Source: Octopus sinensis (lineage: Eukaryota). From it: DNA of 64,000 bases. A program made the position numbers and the translations under genes. Below, piece after piece: positions 53,775 to 64,000 of the stretch (the first letter of the stretch is position 1; each line of letters begins with the position of its first letter). The DNA is taken from the NCBI RefSeq assembly GCF_006345805.1, contig NC_043010.1, positions 32,860,001 through 32,924,000 of the forward strand, read 5' to 3'. Under the pieces are notes generated by a model. That model saw nothing but the letters and a program-made list of their open reading frames with translations, did not search any database and was not told where the DNA came from.

Positions 53775-54601
53775 AAATTAATTGCACAAAAATGAAAATA
53801 ACACTGACATCTCATTTTAACAGATATATTTACCAAAATTACATTAAAATATCTCGAAACACTAAAGAGTAAATTTATTCAATAAAATCAACCACGGCCT
53901 CCAATCGACTTCGGAATCTCCTGCAACTCTTCTGGATGGTCTTCTTGTTTAAGTTAGTGAATGCTGCCATAATCCTTGCGTTCAGTTCATCTTTGATATT
54001 ATAAGGAGTTTTGTTGGTTTCTCGCTCAACTGCATCCCACACATAGTAATCAAGGGAATGGCAGTCTGGGGAATTAGGTGGCCAGATTTTAGGGGTGATG
54101 TGGTCGCAGAAATTGTCTGACAGCCATGACTGCGTTCTTCTGCTTGTGTGGCATGGTGCAGAGTCCTGTTGCCAGTCATAGAGTCTTCCAACAACCACTC
54201 TCTTGACCCAGAGCAGCACCACGTCTTCCAGGCACTTAATGTAGGCCTCCGTGTTTAGTCTGAGGCCGTTTGGGAAGATGAATGGAGGTGTAATATCGTC
54301 ATCACTAGTAATCACTCCAAACAGCATGATGTTAACTGGATTGGTTGAGGACACGACAAGCCAAATGTTGTTCTGTGTGTTCACTAGCTGTTCGTATTGG
54401 AGATTCCGGCGCGAATGCCAGGTAGTACAATATGTCGTTTTCAAATTTCTGGCAGAGTGAATTGCGTCATAGTGCTGTTTTTCTCACATACGGTACTCAA
54501 CTGCCATTTCTATACTGTGTAATCGACAAAATCAAAAACAAACAATGCGCATGCGCAAAATTAAAAATATGAAATGGCGACAATTTACCCATCGCACCCT
54601 G
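53775..54601 (-). mobile_element. maT (DD37D) family Tc1/mariner relic, internally deleted
   Basis: TA-CAGGGTG terminus at 54601. ORF 53875-54444 has QQDSAPCH...WPPNSPDCHSLD with 37 residues between the 2nd and 3rd catalytic D. Confidence 0.88.
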
Positions 54602-55595
54602 TATATACACATGTATGTATATATTTATGTACGTTTATATGTATGTAAATATGTGTGTGTGTGTGTGTGTGTGCGATACATACACACACACAAACATATG
54701 TATATATGTATGTATACATGTATATATGTATGTAAGTATGTATGTGTGTGCGTATAGGTGTGTGAACGCGCGCGTGCGTGCGTGTATTTAGATAGTAAGT
54801 GAAATGACAACATAAAAAACATGCTTAATCTCGAAAGGATTATGAAATAAAATAGTAAACCCAACTTTGAAATGTTAAAGATCAACTTGTTATTATATAA
54901 CAAACCTGGAATATTTCTTTCAGCATTTATCAGTATTTTCATGCTTCCAAGGCGTCGGTTTGCAAACATGGGCACTGCGATGATGTCATTGAGTTTTATC
55001 TCCAACACCGTTTATTATCTGGAATAAAGTAAATCAGCGAGATACATCCAAAATGTCGATACGTTGTGACATTTGGTTTCGTCATAGTAAGGATAGGATT
55101 GGATTTAGTTTACGCTGCAAAGTCCAGCGTTAGATTGGAATTAAGCACCATATGGTCACTATGTGTCTGTGTGAATCTGCTCGTGTTTATGTGCGCGCAC
55201 TCATTTGTGTATGGTTGATTATAACTTTTACTTCATCTGCTTCGAACGTATGAATAAAGAAATTATATTCGTTGAATATAGCCTGGCGACTGTCTGTTAG
55301 ACACAAAACTAACATTATCTGTGCATTTTTGTACTGTCGCTGCATTGTCTTTGTATTAATGTTTTCTTTATTAAGTCATTGGATTGCAGCCACACTGTGC
55401 ACCGCCTTGAAGTGTTTTAGTCGAAAAACTTGACTCAAGTACCTATGTTTGTTTTCTTTCATGTCTGATACTCATTCTCTCGGTTTCCTTTGCCGAACCG
55501 CTAGGTCATCCAGACGTAAACAGATCAACACTGGTTGTCAAGTGGTGGCAAGTTAGGTGACAAGCACAAACACAAGGTCATACGCACACATAAAC

Positions 55596-55628
<33 letters not shown>

Positions 55629-56831
55629 TGTATGTATGTATGTATGTATGTATGTATGTATGTATGCATGTATGCATGTATGTAGTATGTATGTATGTAT
55701 GTATGTATGTATGTATGTATGTATGTATTATGTATGTATATATGTATGCATGTATGCATGTATGTATGTATTATGTATGTATGTATGTATGTATGTATGT
55801 ATGTATGTATGTATTATGTATGTAAGTATGTAGTGGGCACGTGAAAGCAGTGTAATGAATTAAACAAACTTTTAGATCAGTTCAAGTATGTTTGCGATAT
55901 GTTTGCTCTATGAAAAGGCCATTTTCTCTGCGCTTTGCGTGGAGAAAACTCTCACTTTAGGCAGCAGTGTTAAAACTAATAATCAACTGAGGGTACCCTT
56001 TGTAGATCGATGAACGCATTTCTAGCTACTGACAGACAATCATGAGATAACTTTGGAAGCCATAACTTCTTTATAAGCAATTAGCAGATATTATCTACTG
56101 CCCACTACATGTTCGTTTCTGACCTAGCGGCGTCATACGTCGTCTGTAGATCGTTCCTACAAATCTATGGCTTACCAAGTCAACTTAGGGTTGTCTCTCT
56201 ATTAGTATATAGTGTTGACGATACGCATGTAGCTAGAAATGCATTCAGCAGTTTACGGAAAACGCCCTGGAGAATTTTCTCCATAGTAAATCGCAATGAA
56301 CATGTCATTTTTACAGGTCAAATATGTCAGAAACATATTTGAACTAATCTAGATATAGATATATATTTCAAAATTCAAAATTCAAATAAATTATCATTAT
56401 CTTTAAAAATAATGAAAAAGTGGCCAGAAAACATAACCAAATAGGCAAAATATGCAAAATATATATAAAACGCCTGGGTATAATATGCACCTGTATAATA
56501 TGCACCCTTCAAAGCTATGCATCTTTCACTATATGTAAACAATCACGGAGAATGTAGCAAATATACTAAAAAAAAACAACAACCGTCCTCTAAAAAACTA
56601 CAAATAGATGCGCACGGAATGGTAGATATGTTTTTTAAAATAGTTTACGTAGTAAGTCTAGCTAATGAGCTTTAAGTGTCTTTAGCGCAGAAAGTGAATT
56701 CAATTGATACTGGAATATCTACTCTCCTATGTTTTTTTAGTACATTTGCTACATTCTCCGTGCGTGTTTACACATAGTGAGTGTTTTAACTCTTCTTTCT
56801 AGCAAATAGGTGCATATTGTACCCTGACTTG

Positions 56832-56906
<75 letters not shown>

Positions 56907-58012
56907 TATGCGTGGCGTGGCTGTGAGGTAAGAAGCTTGTTTTCCAACCACATGGTTCGGAGGTCAGTCCCACTGCGTGACACCTTGGGCAAGTGTCTTC
57001 TGCTATAGACTCGAGCCGATCAAAGCCTTGTGAATGGATTTGAAAGACGGAAACTGAAAAGAAGCCCGTCGTAAATATGTATATAAATGTCTGTGTGTGT
57101 GCGTCTTTGCGTCTGTGTTTGTCCCTCCACCCCTTGATGACCAATGCTGGTGTGTTTACGTCCCTGTAACTTAGCAATTCGGCAAAAGAATCATTAAAAA
57201 AAGTAGAGGTCGATACATTTGTCTGCAAATCCTTCAAGGTGGTACCCCAGCATGGTCGTCGTCTCATGACTGAAAGAAGTAAAATACACACACACACACA
57301 CACGACGGGCTTCCATACATTATCGTCTACAAAATTCATTCACAAGACATTGGACGGTTCGAGACGATAGTAAAGATACTTGCCCAAGGCACCATGCAGT
57401 GGGACTGAAACCGAAACCACATGGTTACAAAGCAAGCTTCTTAACCAGACAGTCATATTTGATTTCAGATATTTTCCACACAATGCCAGTTTGAACAACA
57501 GTACCTGCGACATATATAGTAGCATTGAAATATGTATAATGAAAAAAGGAATTTTCCACATGGATCAGACAAATACACTTGCTGAGCGACTTCTGGAATA
57601 CAAGTCAATCTGTCGCTATATTCTATATTGTCTGGTTAATCTCATTGCATCGTATAATTATGTACATAGTATTGCGAGCCAGCAAGGGAGCCTCTGTGTG
57701 ATCACTCGACATATAAAAATAGGAACCTATAATACCTCAAATTACACCTTACCATCTCAGAAAGATATAAATGTGAGTGCCAAATTAGCAATTCACGAGC
57801 AACATCAACACTTTTTTTCTGTTGCCTCAGGTATTCATTGGCTCCGAATATTTGCATATTTAGTTGCACAGACGCACACACAGAGATATAAACAAAAACA
57901 AAACTCAGATATATGTGCGTGAGTGCGTGAGTGCGTGAGTGTGTGAATGTGTGTGTGTGGGGGGGTGCGTGTGTGTAGAAGTACTACAGAATGGCAGTGT
58001 ATATTATATTTA

Positions 58013-58014
<2 letters not shown>

Positions 58015-58043
<29 letters not shown>

Positions 58044-58292
58044 CATACATACATACATACATGAGGAGGTACATAACTTAGTGGTTAGAGTATTGGGCGT
58101 TGTGTTCTTGAGCAAAGCACTTCATTTCCCATTGCTCTAGTCCACTCAGCTGGCAAAATGAGTAATCCTACGACGGACTGGCGTTCCAAATACCACAGAA
58201 TCCGGGAAACTGTCCACATGACTTTTGATCTTTTTTTGGCGCACACGCACACTCAACACACACACACATACATATATTATATATATATTAAT

Positions 58293-58323
<31 letters not shown>

Positions 58324-58369
58324 ATATAATATATATATATAACATATTTATACATATATATATATACAT

Positions 58370-58402
<33 letters not shown>
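58015..58402 (+). repeat. Block duplicated at ~63640-64000 (CORE-SINE fragment plus microsatellites)
   Basis: ATGAGGAGGTACATAACTTAGTGG...GGCGCACACGCACACTC is near-identical at 58061-58255 and ~63728-63923. Confidence 0.9.
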
Positions 58403-58404
<2 letters not shown>

Positions 58405-58443
58405 AATTAATCAAATAAATAAAAACATGATGCAAAGGATTCA

Positions 58444-58521
58444 GCGGTACATATGTTTCGGGCCTTTATTAGACAGATTTATAACAATGCATAATGTATG
58501 TCTGTGGCCTTCTTCAGCCGC
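58444..58521 (-). ncRNA. Type I hammerhead ribozyme motif, left arm terminus
   Basis: Reverse complement of 63398-63475. Confidence 0.65.
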
Positions 58522-58964
58522 GCACAACAGCTTCCACAAGGACATGTGTTACATCAAAAATCTTGGTTGGGGATGCAAATCCTCTCATTCACGTACGACA
58601 TAATGCGGCAGCAGCATAGAATTGAAGCGTCCATCTCTTTCTTCTCTCAATGTAGAATGAGGAAAATTGGATGTTGAGGTAATGTAAATAAATAATACAT
58701 ATATAGAGGTGAAGATGGAGGGGCGAGAGTTCGGGACGAGGGATAAAAAATATATAAAAAGTGTAAGTATAGAATAATATAAATGTAGAGGATAAAGATA
58801 TAAAGAGTTGTAAGGAGATGTAAAGGGGGTATAAAGAAATATAAAGAAATATAAAGAAATGTAAAGGCATAAGGTTATAAAGTAAAAATAGAAATAGAAA
58901 TAAAAGTAAAAAAACCTGATAAAAACATGATAAAAGTGTAAAAGAATGTAAAGATAAGGGATGT

Positions 58965-59364
58965 GGCTGTGTGGTAAGTAGCTTGCTAACCAACCACATG
59001 GTTCCGGGTTCAGTCCCACTGCGTGGCATCTTGGGCAAGTGTTTTCTGCTATAGCCCCGGGCCGACCAATGCCTTGTGAGTGGATTTGGTAGACGGAAAC
59101 TGAAAGAAGCCTGTCGTATATATTTATATATATATATGTGTTTGTTTGTGTGTCTGTGTTTGTTCCCCTAGCATTGCTTGACAACCGATGCTGGTGTGTT
59201 TACGTCCCCGTCACTTAGCGGTTCGGCAAAAAAGAGACCGATAGAATAAGTACTGGGCTTACAAAGAATAAGTCCTGGGGTCGAGTTGCTCGATTAAAGG
59301 CGGTGCTCCAGCATGGCCGCAGTCAAATGACTGAAACAAGTAAAAAGAGAAAAAGAGAAAAAAA
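58965..59364 (+). mobile_element. SINE family B, young full-length copy in the left arm only
   Basis: GATGT is duplicated at 58960-58964 and 59365-59369. The empty site (GATAAGGGATGTATAGAGG, read on the minus strand) is present in the right arm near 62945-62965. Confidence 0.92.
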
Positions 59365-60480
59365 GATGTATAGAGGTTACGGACCAAGCATGGTGGTCAG
59401 GAGATTGATAAAATTTAGTTGTAGAATTGTCAGTAAATCAACAGTTTCGTCTGGGGACTTAATGCGTTGTAAATCAGAGCTGATGAGCATTTAATCTGGT
59501 TCCTTGAATTAAATGGACTTCTAGTACATACATATCATCATGGATACATACACCCACATACACGCGTACATATACGCCTCCAAGCCTATAAGCATACACA
59601 CGCACTCGCGTGTAAACACGTACATAAACACACACGCACCCACACGCACGCGCGTACACACACATACATACAACAGAATATCCGCATATATACACGGACA
59701 TTACGCGCGTACACGCTCACATGTATATACGCGCGCCCATCACTACATACACACACGTATATGCCCACGCCTCTAGGTCTAGGTATAAGATATTAAAGGA
59801 TGTGTATAAGAACGTATGTAAAGAATCCCGTACTCATGTTAATACGCGCACGCACACACGGCGGTGTGTCCGTATGTGCGTGCACATATACACTCATATA
59901 CACACACAGAGACACACGCGCACATGGGTATAGCTATAAGATATCGAAGTATGCATGTACATATATGCGCGTGCATATGTATGTATGCGTATACACACGT
60001 ACGCGGACGCTCGTATATTCAAAAGGTGGATCCATAGGTAAGTAAATAAACATATATAGAGGTGTAAAGCGATAAGTTAGGGGTAAGAATGAGGGTAAGG
60101 GTAAAGATTAGAAATAAAAAATACAGTATAAAATAAGAAATACAATGTAATAGTTAGAAATGAAGTATAAGAATTATAAAAATTATAAGAGTTAAGGTAA
60201 GGGATGAAAATGAAAATGAGAATAAATGGAAGTAGAATAAAAGCAAAAATAAAATTAAAAATAAAAATAAATGGAAGTAGGATAAAAGTAAAAATAAAAG
60301 TAAAAATAAGAATAAAAATAAAATAAAATAAGATAAAAATATAATTTTGTAAAGTTTAACATGAGATGAAGGTGGTTGAAAGTTAGAGGTGTGTGTTAAA
60401 CGTAGGGGCGGGCGGGGGGAACTGAAAATTGGAAGGGTGGGAAGTGGGGAGCGTCCGTCGGCCATAAGACTCCCAATTAT

Positions 60481-61500
60481 AATCGAACTCAGCACTCAAC
60501 TCACACTACCGATAATTCTAATTTAAACTCCAAACAACGTATAGGAAATAGGCGAACTAATAGAACAGCACACAATAGTAACCCTCCCGACGAGAGCAAT
60601 ACAGATCCTATTGGGAAAAATAGAAGGGATAATAGTAGATTACGCAAATATATATGGTTCAACATACCTTTCAACTTAGCAGTTAGGGGTAAGTTATGTA
60701 AGAGAATATTCTCTATATTTCCAACAACTTCCCACCCACCCACAAGTAAGAGTAGTATCTTCTCCAACAAAACTATTAGGATTTCCTACTCTACCTGCCC
60801 ACATGAGCTGCCTCATAGCTAAACATAACTATATTAATATTAGAACAGCTAGATCAAGAGCAAACCATAGCGACCACAGAACCCCCCTCATCTAGACAGT
60901 AGACAATATAACCAGACTGGCAGCCATACTACCCAAACAGTTAGTAATAACACCCGCCAACACAACAGAGGAAATACTACACCCATCAACAACCAGGAGG
61001 ATACCAACGCCCCCACTCGTATTGCAACACCTCCGCCTGGGATTAGCAGCACACGACCGAATAATGCAATGCAATGCAACTGCAGATGTGCATCAGAGTG
61101 CCCGCTACAGGGCGCATGTAGGGCGAAAAACGTAATATACTCATGTGAGGTGAGTACTCAGTTTAACACACTCACCTATATTGGTTGCTCAACCTCCTGG
61201 AAATCCAGATACTACAACCACCGGTCCTCGCTGAGACATAGACATAAGGCTAACAGCACCTCCCTCTCTAAAAGAATTTGGGAATTAAAAGACAAATGCA
61301 TAGGCTTCAAACTCAGATGGTCCATCATCGGATCAGCTGCACCTTATTTAAATAATAGAGCAGGATGCCAACTATGCTGTGTAGAACTCCTGAACATCTT
61401 GAAATTCAAAGACAAACACAATCTTATTAACAAAAGGTCAGAGTTCAAACCATCCTGTATACATAAACTTATTAATACTTTCAAATACTACAATGCTTAG
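60481..61500 (+). pseudogene. PLE ORF C-terminus: linker plus GIY-YIG endonuclease (frameshifted upstream; EN frame open 60871-61500)
   Basis: RKYIWFNIPFNLAVRGKL (WFN at 60655) and IFSNKTIRISYSTCP / MSCLIAKHN. Then CNCRCASECPLQGACRAKNVIY..TYIGCSTSWKSRYYNH..LSKRIWELK..WSII..CQLCCVE..LINKRSE..CIH. Confidence 0.9.
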
Positions 61501-63397
61501 GTCCTATACCAACTCCCCCATGCAATTTCCTCCCACCCGGTGCAACCTGTCGGCTCCAGCACATCCCGCTTTCATATATGTGCGTGTGTATGTGTGTGTG
61601 TGTGTGTGTGTTTGTATGTGCACATACGTGCACGTATGTGTACATATACATATATATATACATGTGCGTGTGTGTGTGTATGGGTGGGTGTGTGTATGTA
61701 CATATACAGTTCCCTGCATTTTCCCCCTATATATACAAATTTTGTCTCCCATATATGACTTCTTTTCCCTAAATATTTCTTCTCCTACACCCATATCCTC
61801 CCTATGTAGTCTCTTTAATTCCCTATATCTATACCCTTTCACATTTCTAACTCAGATGTTGAACGCACACCGCCAAACTCCACTTCCACCTTTCCAATTT
61901 TCAGTTCCCCCCGCCCGCCCCTACGTTTAACACACACCTCTAACTTTCAACCACCTTCATCTCATGTTAAACTTTACAAAATTATATTTTTATCTTATTT
62001 TATTTTATTTTTATTCTTATTTTTACTTTTATTTTTACTTTTATCCTACTTCCATTATTTTATTTTTAATTTTATTTTTGCTTTTATTCTACTTCCATTT
62101 ATTCTCATTTTCATTTTCATCCTTACCTTAACTCTTATAATTTTATAATTCTTATACTTCATTTCTAACTATTACATTGTATTTCTTATTTTATACTGTA
62201 TTTTTTATTTCTAATCTTTACCCTTACCCTCATTCTTACCCCTAACTTATCGCTTTACACCTCTATATATGTTATTTACTTACCTTGGATCCACCTTTTG
62301 AATATACGAGCGTCCGCGTACGTGTGTATACGCATACATACATATGCACGCGCATATATGTACATGCATACTTCGATATCTTATAGCTATACCCATGTGC
62401 GCGTGTGTCTCTGTGTGTGTATATGAGTGTATATGTGCACGCACATACGGACACACCGCCGTGTGTGCGTGCGCGTATTAACATGAGTACGGGATTCTTT
62501 ACATACGTTCTTATACACATCCTTTAATATCTTATACCTAGACCTAGAGGCGTGGGCATATACGTGTGTGTATGTAGTGATGGGCGCGCGTATATACATG
62601 TGAGCGTGTACGCGCGTAATGTCCGTGTATATATGCGGATATTCTGTTGTATGTATGTGTGTGTACGCGCGTGCGTGTGGGTGCGTGTGTGTTTATGTAC
62701 GTGTTTACACGCGAGTGCGTGTGTATGCTTATAGGCTTGGAGGCGTATATGTACGCGTGTATGTGGGTGTATGTATCCATGATGATATGTATGTACTAGA
62801 AGTCCATTTAATTCAAGGAACCAGATTAAATGCTCATCAGCTCTGATTTACAACGCATTAAGTCCCCAGACGAAACTGTTGATTTACTGACAATTCTACA
62901 ACTAAATTTTATCAATCTCCTGACCACCATGCTTGGTCCGTAACCTCTATACATCCCTTATCTTTACATTCTTTTACACTTTTATCATGTTTTTATCAGG
63001 TTTTTTTACTTTTATTTCTATTTCTATTTTTACTTTATAACCTTATGCCTTTACATTTCTTTATATTTCTTTATATTTCTTTATACCCCCTTTACATCTC
63101 CTTACAACTCTTTATATCTTTATCCTCTACATTTTTATATTATTCTATACTTACACTTTTTATATATTTTTTATCCCTCGTCCCGAACTCTCGCCCCTCC
63201 ATCTTCACCTCTATATATGTATTTATTTATTTACATTACCTCAACATCCAATTTTCCTCATTCTACATTGAGAGAAGAAAGAGATGGACGCTTCAATTCT
63301 ATGCTGCTGCCGCATTATGTCGTACGTGAATGAGAGGATTTGCATCCCCAACCAAGAATTTTTGATGTAACACATGTCCTTGTGGAAGCTGTTGTGC

Positions 63398-63475
63398 GCG
63401 GCTGAAGAAGGCCACAGACATACATTATGCATTGTTATAAATCTGTCTAATAAAGGCCCGAAACATATGTACCGC
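63398..63475 (+). ncRNA. Type I hammerhead ribozyme motif, right arm terminus
   Basis: GCGG-CTGAAGA-A-GGCC-[ACAGA..TCTGT insert]-GGCC-C-GAAA-C-ATAT-GTA-CCGC. Core intact; the 10.1-11.1 pair is an A.C mismatch. Predicted cleavage after 63471. Confidence 0.65.
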
Positions 63476-63587
63476 TGAATCCTTCGCATATGTTTTTATT
63501 TTATTTTGATTAATTTACTCCACCACCTACACACCAAACGGTATACACAGGTGCTTATAATTATCAAGTACTCACCCCGAATTTCTC

Positions 63588-63619
<32 letters not shown>

Positions 63620-63954
63620 CACATACACTACGGCAATGCATACATACATACATACATACATACATACATACATACATACATACATACATACATACATACA
63701 TACATACATACATACATACATACATACATGAGGAGGTACATAACTTAGTGGTTAGAGTATTGGGCGTTGTGTTCTTGAGCAAAGCACTTCATTTCCCATT
63801 GCTCTAGTCCACTCAGCTGGCAAAATGAGTAATCCTACGACGGACTGGCGTTCCAAATACCACAGAATCCGGGAAACTGTCCACATGACTTTTGATCTTT
63901 TTTTTGGCGCACACGCACACTCACACACACACACATATATATATATATATAATA

Positions 63955-64000
<46 letters not shown>

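Larger units (their letters stand above)
58403..63517 (+). mobile_element. Penelope-like element derivative: GIY-YIG core between ~1.64-kb inverted arms with terminal hammerheads
   Basis: Left arm 58403-60447 (minus a SINE insertion) is the reverse complement of right arm 61880-63517. The spacer encodes PLE linker and EN motifs. Confidence 0.9.

Noticed and set aside
59480-59525. CTGATGAG followed by a CATTTAAT/ATTAAATG hairpin in the PLE arms
   Set aside because: There is no GAAA after the stem (GACTT instead) and no stem I/III, so it is not a hammerhead.

Overview
This 64-kb window is AT-rich animal genomic DNA made almost entirely of interspersed repeats and microsatellites. The SINE families and the (TA)n/(CA)n/(TACA)n/(GATA)n/(AAT)n load resemble octopus (coleoid cephalopod) DNA; that assignment is inferred, not proven. 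No intact host gene is supported, and almost all ORFs in the supplied track are microsatellite artefacts. Supported content: two abundant tRNA-derived SINE families; five Tc1/mariner relics (irritans-like, cecropia-like, a long-TIR derivative, a DD37D maT relic and a truncated copy); a 2-kb MULE-like element with a 9-bp TSD; Helitron coding and non-autonomous remnants; LINE relics (a zinc-knuckle ORF1 family, an R4/Dong-like 3' end and a Jockey/I-type RT); and Penelope-like element (PLE) relics. The standout is a 5.1-kb PLE-derived structure at 58403-63517. A GIY-YIG endonuclease core without RT lies between two near-identical ~1.64-kb inverted arms, each ending in an outward-facing type I hammerhead ribozyme motif. 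An independent 312-bp palindrome at 53339-53650 carries two back-to-back hammerheads with an intact core, and a third, minimal hammerhead variant lies at 43804-43838.
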